A stretch of DNA of 64,000 bases from Bacilli bacterium (lineage in GTDB: Bacteria > Bacillota_I > Bacilli_A > RF39 > UBA660), in assembly GCA_017459965.1 (NCBI GenBank), contig JAFUBW010000014.1:5442-69441 (forward strand). The letters are read 5' to 3'. The notes below the pieces were generated by a model. That model was not told the origin of the DNA. It made no database searches and saw only the letters and a program-made list of their open reading frames with translations. The position numbers and the translations under genes are program-made. Below, in pieces: positions 35,001 to 46,126 of this stretch. Position 1 is the first letter of the stretch. Every line of letters begins with the position of its first letter.

Positions 35001-35300
35001 ATGAAAGATATAAATACATTAAGAAAAATAAGTTATTATAAATTACAGTCACAGTATTATCGTCTACTTTCTGATAAAGAAATTGAATTTGCTTGTTTAA
35101 AAGAAAACTATGAACTATATAAAAAAATATCTAAATCATATTTTCTAGAAGGGGGACATGATTTAGAAAATGATAAAATATATGAAAATGAAAGACAAAC
35201 ATTAAAATATTGTTTACAAAATATGAAAGAATGTAAAAGATTAGATAGTAAAATAAAAGAATCTAAAGAAAAAGTATTAAAAGCAAAAAGTAAATTATAA
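35001..35300 (+). CDS. Hypothetical protein
   Basis: 99-aa ORF with RBS GAGGGAATG. No motif recognised. Confidence 0.4.
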   Translation: MKDINTLRKISYYKLQSQYYRLLSDKEIEFACLKENYELYKKISKSYFLEGGHDLENDKIYENERQTLKYCLQNMKECKRLDSKIKESKEKVLKAKSKL

Positions 35301-35344
35301 GAGAATATAGTAATATTCTCTTTTATTTTTATGTTATAATTTTA

Positions 35345-36076
35345 ATGAAAGGTAATAATATGGGTGATAATATGGATTATAAAGATTTAAAAATACCTAA
35401 TCATGTTGCTATTATAGTTGATGGTAATGGAAGATGGGCGAAAGAAAGAAACTTGCCTAGAAGTAAGGGTCATGATACCGGGTTTGAAAATTTAAAAAAA
35501 TTAGGTTTATATATATTTTCAAAAGGAATAAAATATTTAAGTGTATATGTTTTTTCTACTGAAAATTTTAAAAGAGATAAAAAAGAAGTAGATCATTTAA
35601 TGAATCTATTTGTATTAATGTTTAAAAGAGATAAAGACTTCTTTATGAAAAATAATATTAAAGTAGTATTTTCTGGAAGAGATGAACCTCTACCTAAAAA
35701 AGTAATAGAAGCAAGAAATAAACTTACTGAAATGACAAAGAGTAATACAGGCGGAGTATTTAATGTTTGTTTAAATTATGGTGGAAGAGCAGAAATAGTA
35801 GATGCTGCTAAAAAAATAGTAAGAGAGGGATTAAGTGAAAAAGATATAACTGAAGAAACATTTAAAAAATATTTATATCAAGATCTTCCGGATGTAGATT
35901 TTATGATAAGAACAAGTGGAGAATTAAGGCTAAGTAATTTCTTACTTTGGGAACTATCATATGCTGAATTTTATTTTCCTGAAATAAAATTCCCATCTTT
36001 TACAACAGATGATTTTGATGATGCTATTTTAGTATTTAATAAAAGAGATAGAAGATTTGGAAATGCGAAGAAGTGA
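35345..36076 (+). CDS. uppS: Undecaprenyl diphosphate synthase (isoprenyl transferase)
   Basis: HVAIIVDGNGRWAKERNLPRSKGH, then FSTENFKR, IRTSGELRLSNFLLWELSYAEFYF and RRFG. The start is uncertain among three in-frame ATGs (35345, 35360, 35372). Confidence 0.9.
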   Translation: MKGNNMGDNMDYKDLKIPNHVAIIVDGNGRWAKERNLPRSKGHDTGFENLKKLGLYIFSKGIKYLSVYVFSTENFKRDKKEVDHLMNLFVLMFKRDKDFFMKNNIKVVFSGRDEPLPKKVIEARNKLTEMTKSNTGGVFNVCLNYGGRAEIVDAAKKIVREGLSEKDITEETFKKYLYQDLPDVDFMIRTSGELRLSNFLLWELSYAEFYFPEIKFPSFTTDDFDDAILVFNKRDRRFGNAKK

Positions 36077-36080
36077 TAAT

Positions 36081-36596
36081 ATGAAAATAGTTATACATAA
36101 TGAAGATAATTTAAAAGAAAGTGAAATAAATAAATTTGTATATCGTGCAAGAGGTGTAATAATTAATTCTAATAATGAAGTATTAATGGGATCTATGGAT
36201 AATGTATATCAATTTCCAGGTGGACATTTAGAAGGTAGTGAAACATTAGAAGAATGTTTAATAAGAGAAATAAAAGAAGAAACTGGAATAGATGTAAAAG
36301 GTAAATTTGGTAAACCATTTTATAAAGTAAAATACTATGATAGGGATTATGGCAAAAAAGGCATCAATAGATATTGTGAATTTAATTATTATATTATTAA
36401 TATAGATGATAAATATGATTTATCTAAAACTAATTATGATGATTATGAGAAAGAATACAATTATAAATTAGAATATATAAAAATAAACGAATTTGAAAAA
36501 ATATTAAATAACAATATTGATAAACATGAATTTAATAAAATAATATATCCAGAAATAATAGATGTAGTTAAAACATATTTAAAAAATAAAGAATAA
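36081..36596 (+). CDS. NUDIX hydrolase
   Basis: Nudix box GGHLEGSETLEECLIREIKEETGI (G-x5-E-x7-REUxEExGU). Confidence 0.8.
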   Translation: MKIVIHNEDNLKESEINKFVYRARGVIINSNNEVLMGSMDNVYQFPGGHLEGSETLEECLIREIKEETGIDVKGKFGKPFYKVKYYDRDYGKKGINRYCEFNYYIINIDDKYDLSKTNYDDYEKEYNYKLEYIKINEFEKILNNNIDKHEFNKIIYPEIIDVVKTYLKNKE

Positions 36597-36633
36597 AATG
36601 TATAAAAATGTCGAAAATATAATAGGTGATAAT

Positions 36634-37101
36634 ATGAAAAAACTTTTTATAATTTTGATATTTTTTTTGATTATATCATTATTAATACCAAAAAATAATA
36701 ATGTAAAGATGGTTATGTCTGATATGAATAATAACAATCATTATGAATTAATATTTAAAGATGAAAATTTAAACTTAAGAAATATTAAATTAAAATTAGG
36801 TTTATTTACATCTTATGAATATAATATACCTAAGATTTATATTAAGTATAATGAAAATATAAAAGATTACTTTAATAATAAAGATTATTTTTCTTTTGAT
36901 AGTTCTAATTTTAATATTGGAATAGAAAAGTTAATAGAAGAATATAATATAGTGTTACAGGATAATCATCTATATGATGAGCTTGATAAAGATATAAGTG
37001 ATATTATAATTGAAAAGGTTGAAATATATTGTGAACAAGACGCTTTGGATAAATTTAAAGATAAATATCCTAATGTAATAATAAATAGATTAGATGACTA
37101 A
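36634..37101 (+). CDS. Hypothetical exported or membrane-anchored protein
   Basis: Start at MKKLFIILIFFLIISLLIP (signal/anchor) after AGGTGA. Confidence 0.45.
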   Translation: MKKLFIILIFFLIISLLIPKNNNVKMVMSDMNNNNHYELIFKDENLNLRNIKLKLGLFTSYEYNIPKIYIKYNENIKDYFNNKDYFSFDSSNFNIGIEKLIEEYNIVLQDNHLYDELDKDISDIIIEKVEIYCEQDALDKFKDKYPNVIINRLDD

Positions 37102-37169
37102 AATATATCAAAAAAAGTAAAAATATGTATTGCATTAAAGAAAAAAATGTGATAATATTAAGTAGTCAT

Positions 37170-37246
37170 GGACCCTTAGCTCAGTTGGTTAGAGCATCCG
37201 GCTCATAACCGGGCGGTCATAGGTTCGAGTCCTATAGGGTCCACCA
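37170..37246 (+). tRNA. tRNA with CAU anticodon (elongator Met, or lysidine-dependent Ile2; the sequence resembles ileX-type tRNAs)
   Basis: Cloverleaf read by eye: acceptor ggaccct/agggtcc, anticodon loop ctCATaa, T-arm ggttcgagtcc, encoded CCA. Confidence 0.85.
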
Positions 37247-37256
37247 TTTTATTAGT

Positions 37257-37341
37257 GCAGGTGTGGCGAAATTGGCAGACGCGCTAGACTTAGGATCTAG
37301 TTCCTTACGGAGTGGGGGTTCAAGTCCCTTCACCTGCACCA
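37257..37341 (+). tRNA. tRNA-Leu (UAG)
   Basis: Acceptor gcaggtg/cacctgc, anticodon loop ctTAGga, long variable arm, T-arm ggttcaagtcc, encoded CCA. Confidence 0.9.
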
Positions 37342-37435
37342 GATTGATTGGAAACTCGAACTTTTCGAGTAGTAATAAACGAACTAACTAGAAATAGTTG
37401 GTTTTTTTGTTATCAAGAAAAGGAGAGTGGTATAA

Positions 37436-37708
37436 ATGTTAACAATAGAAACTAAAGAACTAGAAATAAGTGATAAATTAAAAAGAAAGGTAGAAATGGT
37501 ATGTAGATTTACAAATACTAAACCTATATATCAAAAAGGGAGTATTAAAAGTATAAAAGAAACAAATATTGCTTATGTAAGACCACATGTAATAACGATA
37601 AAAAATAATAAGTATTTAATGTTTGAAGAAACTGATTATGTGTTTGTTAATGGTTATGAAAAGAAAATAATGTTTAAAGATTTAGAAAATTATATCAAAT
37701 TAAACTAA
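37436..37708 (+). CDS. Hypothetical small protein
   Basis: 90-aa ORF with RBS AAGGAGAG. It lies between tRNA-Leu and the serine recombinase. Confidence 0.45.
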   Translation: MLTIETKELEISDKLKRKVEMVCRFTNTKPIYQKGSIKSIKETNIAYVRPHVITIKNNKYLMFEETDYVFVNGYEKKIMFKDLENYIKLN

Positions 37709-37801
37709 TACTCCCTATAATTAGGGGCTTGACAAATCTTTTTAATAAATATAATATAGTAAGCCAATAAAGGAAATATAAGCCTAAAAAGGTGGTAATT
37801 T

Positions 37802-37899
37802 ATGTTTTTATTGAAACAAAAGTTAATTATTAATATTGAAATTATTAGAGGAGTCAAAAGTATTAGTTTGAACTACTAGTCTTTTGACCCCTCTTTTTT
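37802..37899 (+). promoter_or_regulatory. Leader mini-ORF (25 codons) overlapping a strong terminator directly upstream of the serine recombinase
   Basis: RBS AAGGTGG, then ATG at 37802 and TAG at 37877-37879 (MFLLKQKLIINIEIIRGVKSISLNY). A 13-bp stem gaggagtcaaaag/cttttgacccctc (37848-37893) is followed by T6. The recombinase RBS follows immediately. Confidence 0.45.
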
Positions 37900-37904
37900 G
37901 ATAA

Positions 37905-39829
<1,925 letters not shown>

Positions 39830-39950
39830 TATAAAAAAATGGACAAGAATTTGGACCAATAATATTAAAAAATAAGGTTCATCAAATGGTACATTTGCCC
39901 ATTTTTTTGTTAATTTAAAGTAAACAAAATAGGCATTTTGTTATAACATT

Positions 39951-40110
39951 CGTCTGACAAGTTAACAAAAAGTATAGTTTTCTGTCTGACAAATGTTATA
40001 TTTTGCTGATACAAATGTCTGACAATTCAAAAAATGTCTGACAAAGAAATTTTGTAAAATCTTTGATTTTACGGGTTAAACTCGCCACTGGTGAGTTGTT
40101 TGTCTGACAC
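39951..40110. repeat. Array of five (T/C)GTCTGACA(A/C) palindromic 9-10-mers
   Basis: Copies at about 39951, 39983, 40016, 40035 and 40101. The core TGTC-T-GACA is a dyad. Spacing is irregular. The array is noncoding. Confidence 0.7.
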
Positions 40111-40240
40111 TTATCCCGATAAAAAAGCAATACAGAAATTGGTACAAAAAATCATAAAAAATTAAAGAATTTAGGTTCAAGTTTTTGATCATAAAAATAA
40201 TAAAAAATGAATAATAATTGTAAAGTTTTTTTATATACAT

Positions 40241-40268
40241 TTGACTTAAAAAATATCTATTGTATAAT
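40241..40268 (+). promoter_or_regulatory. Extended -10 promoter for the 40305 gene
   Basis: TTGACT (40241-40246), a 16-nt spacer ending in TG, then TATAAT (40263-40268). Confidence 0.5.
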
Positions 40269-40304
40269 TATATTGTAAAATATAATCGAAAAGGAGTTTG
40301 TAAA

Positions 40305-41474
40305 ATGAATAATAATGAAAATAATATTTTTGAAGAAAATGTAACAAACGAAAATATTACATCTGAAACAAATGATAATTTATCAAATCAAATGCCAATT
40401 AATGGAGTAAATCAAAATAATGATATTAATTCTATTAATAATCAATCTATTAATAATGAAATACCACAAAAATATAAGTTAACTTTAACACGAAAAAAAT
40501 CATTTGTTGGGGGTATGGTAGGCTTTGATATTTATATTGATAATGTTAAAGTTGGAAAAATAAAAAATGGTAAGACAGTAGAGTTAGAAATAACAGGTGG
40601 AGAACATATAATTTCAATTCATAAAAACAATCCAGTAAGTATTAATATAACTAAAGATACTACAGCAGATGTAGTGGTATTTGGTGCTAATAACTTTGGT
40701 ATTACTAATATTAATGGTCAAGGAACTGAATCAAATAATTCAATAAATAACAATTATATTGAAAAGAATAATAAAAAAACAAATATGACACTAATAATTA
40801 GTATTATATTACCTATAGTATCATTAATACTATTCATATTATTAAAATCATATATAACTCCTTGGGTATATGGATTAGTTATTGGTTTTGCAATTGTAAA
40901 TATGGTAGGATTAAAGAATTTTAAAGATAATGAAAAATATAAATCATTATTAATTAAAAATTTAATTGCAATAATAATATCACTTATAATGGCAGTAATA
41001 AGCATTTATATAAGTGTTAATGAAATAAGTAGTTTTGATGAAATAAGTTCAAATAGATCAAGTTCAAGTAAAATAAATAGTAAATTAAAATATACAATAC
41101 CTAATGGATATAAGTTAAAATCAAAAAATGAACTTGATTATAAGATAGCAGAGTACTATGAATATACAAAAGGAAATGAAGATTCCGATGATTATATAAA
41201 TTGTTTAATAGATATTAATATAATACCAACTAATAATAGTGAATATGATTATAAAGAAGATTCTTCATATAGTCCATTTACTTATGATTTTTATACAAAG
41301 TCTTATGAAAATATAAATGGTAATAAATGGTTGGTTTCGACTGATGGATATTCAGAATATAATTATGGTATTGAAAAAGATGGAATATATTATATTGTAG
41401 GAGTAAGTGCAGTAGACTTATCAGGATATTGTGAAAAATCATTGAGCAATTTTGTTGATTCACTAAAATTTTAA
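40305..41474 (+). CDS. Membrane protein: N/Q-rich N-terminus, beta-rich module, 3 TM, extracellular domain paralogous to the next gene
   Basis: Start at MNNNENN after AAAGGAG. The C-terminal ~130 aa (KLKYTIPNGYKLK...YNYGIEKDGIYYIV...GYCEKSLSNFVDSLKF) align with 41486-41995. Confidence 0.55.
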   Translation: MNNNENNIFEENVTNENITSETNDNLSNQMPINGVNQNNDINSINNQSINNEIPQKYKLTLTRKKSFVGGMVGFDIYIDNVKVGKIKNGKTVELEITGGEHIISIHKNNPVSINITKDTTADVVVFGANNFGITNINGQGTESNNSINNNYIEKNNKKTNMTLIISIILPIVSLILFILLKSYITPWVYGLVIGFAIVNMVGLKNFKDNEKYKSLLIKNLIAIIISLIMAVISIYISVNEISSFDEISSNRSSSSKINSKLKYTIPNGYKLKSKNELDYKIAEYYEYTKGNEDSDDYINCLIDINIIPTNNSEYDYKEDSSYSPFTYDFYTKSYENINGNKWLVSTDGYSEYNYGIEKDGIYYIVGVSAVDLSGYCEKSLSNFVDSLKF

Positions 41475-41485
41475 GGAGTGAGAAA

Positions 41486-41995
41486 ATGAAAAAAATATTA
41501 ATTAGTTTAATAGCAATTGTATCAGTATTTATGATAACAGGTTGTAGTAGTAAAGATAATAAAACAAATGAAAGTTATAATAATAATAATTTAACTAATG
41601 AAACATCATCTGATAAAGTTGATGATAAGTTAAATTACGCAATACCTCAAGGATTCAAAACTGTGTCTGAGGGTAAAACACTGTTTGAATATGAATATGA
41701 AAGTGATGATGCTAATGATTACTGTAGTATAACTATAGAAATAATGACTAGTTATTATGATTCTCTTGGAATGAAAAACTACAAGGAATATTTTGAGTCA
41801 CAAGTCAATTCAAAAGATATAAAGTCAAAAAATATTAATAATAATGAGTGGTATGTTAATGAAAATAATAATAAATATAATTATGGTATTGAAAAGAATA
41901 ATATAATGTATACAATTTCTTATGAAATAGATGATGATGCCACAGGATATTGTAGTAGTGCAAAAAATATTTTTGAAAATTCACTAGAATTCTAA
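41486..41995 (+). CDS. Lipoprotein, paralogous domain
   Basis: Lipobox LISLIAIVSVFMITGC. The domain KLNYAIPQGFKTV...YNYGIEKNNIMYTI...GYCSSAKNIFENSLEF matches the C-terminus of the upstream protein. Confidence 0.6.
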   Translation: MKKILISLIAIVSVFMITGCSSKDNKTNESYNNNNLTNETSSDKVDDKLNYAIPQGFKTVSEGKTLFEYEYESDDANDYCSITIEIMTSYYDSLGMKNYKEYFESQVNSKDIKSKNINNNEWYVNENNNKYNYGIEKNNIMYTISYEIDDDATGYCSSAKNIFENSLEF

Positions 41996-42012
41996 AAAAA
42001 GGGGTTGATATA

Positions 42013-42918
42013 GTGACACAACTAATTATTGCAATTTCAATTATAATAATTGCTATGTTTTGTGTAGTAGCTGTTTTATTAATAGGTAGTAGAAAAGCAA
42101 AAAATCCAAATGAATTCGTTATTATGTTTTTAGGCTCTTTTATTGGTGGATTATTTATGATTGCAGGGCTACTAAATGTTATATCTGATTTTAAAACTAT
42201 AAATTGGATTGAAACTGATGCTAAATTGATTGTATTATCATCTGATAGACAGTATAGAAAAAATATTGTTACTGATTATAGTAGATATGTTACAATTTAT
42301 CGATATACATATGAATATACTGATAAAAATGGTGTTGTTCATAGAGGCAAAAATATGTCAAAAGATAATAATTTACCAACAATTGATAAAGCTAGATATA
42401 ATCCAAATAATTATTCAGAATCTGAAGAAGGTACTTTTAAATCAAGTATAATAAGTGATTTAATATTCTTAATAATAGGGATAATATTTTTATTAATAAC
42501 TTGGATACCTTATTTTAAAAGAAAAATAAGAAATAATTATAGTAAAGAAAAATTAAAAATAGTAGTAAGAAGAAATAGTATTATAAAAAAAATATTATTA
42601 ACTACAATATTAACAATTTTACAGTTAGTATTATTCTTAGTTATGTCGACTGAATTAGAATATAGTTTAGATTATCCATTTTTAATTCCATATATAATTA
42701 TTTGGGTACCAATATTCCTAATACTAAAAAAAGATTATGTTAAATACTATATAGTATATTCTATTATTACATTTATTATTGGAATAATATTATTATCGGT
42801 TGGAAGAATAAATATGAATAGTATTTTGAGGTTATTATTTATAACATTTATTATTCCAATACTTGTTGGATTAGTATTAGATTATAAAAATAAAGAGGTA
42901 TATAAAAAAAATAAATAA
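42013..42918 (+). CDS. Polytopic membrane protein (DUF3592-like N-terminal module)
   Basis: 301 aa starting at GTG after GGGG. Two TM segments flank a soluble beta-rich insert, and several C-terminal TM segments follow. Confidence 0.5.
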   Translation: MTQLIIAISIIIIAMFCVVAVLLIGSRKAKNPNEFVIMFLGSFIGGLFMIAGLLNVISDFKTINWIETDAKLIVLSSDRQYRKNIVTDYSRYVTIYRYTYEYTDKNGVVHRGKNMSKDNNLPTIDKARYNPNNYSESEEGTFKSSIISDLIFLIIGIIFLLITWIPYFKRKIRNNYSKEKLKIVVRRNSIIKKILLTTILTILQLVLFLVMSTELEYSLDYPFLIPYIIIWVPIFLILKKDYVKYYIVYSIITFIIGIILLSVGRINMNSILRLLFITFIIPILVGLVLDYKNKEVYKKNK

Positions 42919-43171
42919 AACTGCATTATTTTTTATGAATCTATGTTATAATTAAATTAGTTGGTAAGTTTATTACTTGTTATTAATTTGGCTCAGTGGT
43001 TGTTATACTGCCACCACTTGGGCACCATTTAGTTAATAAACAGGGGGGACCTGTTTTTTTTATATCTATGACCACCTGGTTATGAGAAAAAAAGAAAAAA
43101 TAATTTTTTTCTTTTTTTAAGGGATTTTTTACTTTTTTTGATGAATATTTATTATAGGAGGTGAAAATTTC

Positions 43172-43316
43172 ATGAATTACTATGATAATATAGTAGAAAA
43201 ATTTAAAAAATTTCTGAAAAAAATTGGATAAAAAGTGTATCTAATAATCATGGGGGAGTTGGAATTACTTTTGAAAAAGAAATTGGTAAAAAATGTCTAG
43301 TAATTTCTATATTATG
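43172..43316 (+). pseudogene. Frameshifted remnant of a short N-terminal gene fragment (possibly a MutH/Sau3AI-type endonuclease)
   Basis: AGGAGGTG RBS plus ATG gives a 19-codon ORF that stops. The next frame reads ...SNNHGGVGITFEKEIGKK..., reminiscent of the G-x-x-G-x-x-x-E-x-x-x-G start of MutH/Sau3AI-like nucleases. No full-length ORF follows. Confidence 0.25.
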
Positions 43317-43408
43317 AAATAAAAATATCAAATCAAGTATTACAAAATAATAATTTACTATAATCATTTTAAATGATATAATAATTATATAATAATAGTA
43401 GGTGGGTT

Positions 43409-45280
43409 ATGGAAGTAATAGAAAAAATAAGAATTATATTAAAAGATGGTAATGTTGAAAAATTACAAAAGTATAGTAAAAATACAGTTTCAAATATCTT
43501 TGTTGAAATATTACAGAAAGATTTAACTAATTTTTCTTATGATAAAGATATTGATTACTTATATTTTTTAGTTAAATTATTACCAAATTATATGAAAGAC
43601 AAACATAAATTAGTTCATGCTGAAGATCAATTAAAATTAATTCATCAAAAAATGAAAACATATTTAGTTCAAAAACCTGGCAATATAGAAAAAACAAATC
43701 ATAATTATAAATTACTTAAAAATATGATAAATAATATTGAATTAATTCAAATGTCAATTCTTTATGATTATACAGATAAGTATGATGGTTCTAAATATAA
43801 ATTACTTGATTATATATTATTTGACTTAAAGAATATATCTGTATTTAATGATGCATTAAATAGATTTCCATATTTAGTTAATTATTTTGATAAAAATGAT
43901 AAAAATATTATATTAAGCGTATGTGAAGAATACATTAAAGAAGTAATGAATTATACAAAAGAAACAGGAATTGATAATATTATTTATTATGATGAAGTAA
44001 TTAATTCAATATTAAAATCTAAAGTATTTATGTTTGATATAGTTGATAAACAAACTATTTTAAAAAAGATAAAAGAATCATTAAAAGAAATAAGAAAAGA
44101 GAAATATAGAAAAACATTTTATTTGAATTCTCTAATAGAAAAAATAAATAATGAGGATAATATATTAGATAATTCATATTTAGAATATAAATATAATATA
44201 CCAACATATTTTAATGAGGCGATTAATTGTGAAGTAAGAAAAATTGTTAATAATTATTCAATATCAAAAGATAGAACTATAGTTGATGATTATATACTTA
44301 CTTTTGATGGAGAGGATGCGAAGGAAATAGATGATGCCTTATCTATTAAATTATTAGAAAATGGTAATATGTTACTAGGTGTACATATAGCAGATCCAAC
44401 TGATATAATTGATAAAGATAGTATTATATTTGATGAAGCGGCTAAAAGAACAACATCAATATATTTAAGTGATAAATCATATTCTATGTTTCCAGAAAAA
44501 ATATCAACCGATATAGTAAGTTTGAATGAAGGAAAGTATAGACCAGCTATTACATATTATTTTGAGTTTGATAAAAAAGGAAAAGTAATTAATTCTAAGT
44601 TTATTAAATCAATTATTAAAGTAAATAGAAATATGACTTATGATGATTTTAATAAAATTATGACAATTAATGGTAATGATAGATTAAAAATAACTGTAGA
44701 TAATTTAAGTAATGTTTCAAATATACTTCAGAGATATTATTATAAAGATCCTCTTTATGAAACAGTTAATAGAAGTGAAAATAATATTACTAACACAAAT
44801 ATAGTAGGTACATCAAGTGGTGAAAAAGTGATAGAAAGTTCTATGATATTTACAAATCATATGGTATCAAGATATTTTGTAGAAAATAAGTTACCATTTA
44901 TTTTTAGAAATCATAGTTCAAATATAGAAGTAATTAAAAGATTAGATAAATTAAAAAATAATATAATTAAAGAAAATAATGATAAAGCATATTTAGGATA
45001 CATAGAAATGCTTAAAAATATGTATCCAAAAGCATTTTACGATATAAAATGTAAAGGTCATGCAGGTTTAGGTATTGATACATATTGTCATATAACTAGT
45101 CCACTTAGAAGAATGGCAGATGTCATTGGACTTATCTGTTTAGACAATTTATATTTTAATCAATATGATGAAAAAAATATTGATAATGTTAAAAAAATGG
45201 TATTAAAATATTCTAAAAGAATTAATGAAAAAAGAAATTCGATAGAAAAATTTTCTAAAGAATATGAATTAATAAGATAA
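43409..45280 (+). CDS. RNase II/R-family 3'-5' exoribonuclease (RNB domain)
   Basis: LTFDGEDAKEIDDALSI (Asp cluster, RNB motif I), then GVHIADP and HITSPLRRMADV (motif IV). 623 aa. No obvious C-terminal S1 domain. Confidence 0.75.
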   Translation: MEVIEKIRIILKDGNVEKLQKYSKNTVSNIFVEILQKDLTNFSYDKDIDYLYFLVKLLPNYMKDKHKLVHAEDQLKLIHQKMKTYLVQKPGNIEKTNHNYKLLKNMINNIELIQMSILYDYTDKYDGSKYKLLDYILFDLKNISVFNDALNRFPYLVNYFDKNDKNIILSVCEEYIKEVMNYTKETGIDNIIYYDEVINSILKSKVFMFDIVDKQTILKKIKESLKEIRKEKYRKTFYLNSLIEKINNEDNILDNSYLEYKYNIPTYFNEAINCEVRKIVNNYSISKDRTIVDDYILTFDGEDAKEIDDALSIKLLENGNMLLGVHIADPTDIIDKDSIIFDEAAKRTTSIYLSDKSYSMFPEKISTDIVSLNEGKYRPAITYYFEFDKKGKVINSKFIKSIIKVNRNMTYDDFNKIMTINGNDRLKITVDNLSNVSNILQRYYYKDPLYETVNRSENNITNTNIVGTSSGEKVIESSMIFTNHMVSRYFVENKLPFIFRNHSSNIEVIKRLDKLKNNIIKENNDKAYLGYIEMLKNMYPKAFYDIKCKGHAGLGIDTYCHITSPLRRMADVIGLICLDNLYFNQYDEKNIDNVKKMVLKYSKRINEKRNSIEKFSKEYELIR

Positions 45281-45300
45281 ATTATAAAGGAGTAATAATT

Positions 45301-45834
45301 ATGAAAATATTTATAAGTTGTTCATCAAGTAATGAAATAAAGGATGAATATAAAGTAGTATCAAAGTATTTAATTGAAGAAATAAGTAAAGAAAACGATT
45401 TAGTGTTTGGATGTACTAATAGAGGATTAATGGGTGTCAGTTATAATGCATTTTTAAAAAATAATAGAAAAATAATAGGCGTATGTAATGAAATGTATAT
45501 AGATGAAATAAAAGATTTAAAATTAGATTCCGTAAAACATGTAAAGAGTTTAGAAGAAAGTAATAAAATGCTTGGAGAACTTTCTGATGTTATATTAATT
45601 TTACCAGGTTCTTTTGGGACTCTTGCTGAATTTATGGATTTACTAGAAGAAAAAAGAGTAGAAATTCACAATAAAGAAATGATATTATTTAATATAAATG
45701 GATTTTATGATGATTTAATTAAAATGTTTAATAAAATAAATAATAATATATCTAATAAATATGATTTTAATAGTCTTTGTAAAGTATTTAAAACTGCAGA
45801 TGAAATAATAGAGTATTTAAAAAATATTAAATAA
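45301..45834 (+). CDS. LOG/TIGR00730-family protein (Rossmann fold nucleotide-binding, lysine decarboxylase-like)
   Basis: PGSFGTLAEFMDLLE matches the PGGxGTxxE motif. 177 aa. Confidence 0.6.
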   Translation: MKIFISCSSSNEIKDEYKVVSKYLIEEISKENDLVFGCTNRGLMGVSYNAFLKNNRKIIGVCNEMYIDEIKDLKLDSVKHVKSLEESNKMLGELSDVILILPGSFGTLAEFMDLLEEKRVEIHNKEMILFNINGFYDDLIKMFNKINNNISNKYDFNSLCKVFKTADEIIEYLKNIK

Positions 45835-45887
45835 CTCTTTTTTTCTTGCAAAAATAATAAAAAAGATTTATAATTAGGTAGTCAGAT

Positions 45888-45963
45888 GTCTCCTTAGCTC
45901 AGTTGGTAGAGCAACTGACTCTTAATCAGTGGGTCTAGGGTTCGAATCCCTAAGGGGACACCA
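45888..45963 (+). tRNA. tRNA-Lys (CUU)
   Basis: Acceptor gtctcct/aggggac (one G-U pair), anticodon loop ctCTTaa, T-arm ggttcgaatcc, encoded CCA. Confidence 0.85.
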
Positions 45964-46126
45964 GATTGATACCAAACTCGAACTTTTAAAGTTCGAGTTT
46001 TAATATACTTTAAATTATGATAAAATATTTGTATAAATAAATTGAATTATGTCAATTTAGAAACACACTTGCATAATGTCATAAACATCATGCATATTTA
46101 TTAGGTATATATAAGCAGGAGGGAAT

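Noticed and set aside
39951-40110. A possible CRISPR array or other long tandem repeat.
   Set aside because: The repeat unit is only 9-10 nt with irregular spacing of 19-66 nt. There is no 25-40-nt repeat/spacer periodicity and there are no cas genes. No CRISPR array was seen anywhere in the window.
43019-43030. The shared 12-mer gggcaccattta at 43019-43030 and 47067-47078, considered as att sites or tRNA 3'-end remnants bounding an element.
   Set aside because: Only 12 nt match, with no tRNA-like T-arm upstream. In a genome this AT-rich, with several ...ccaccattt tRNA ends, the match is too short to support a boundary call.
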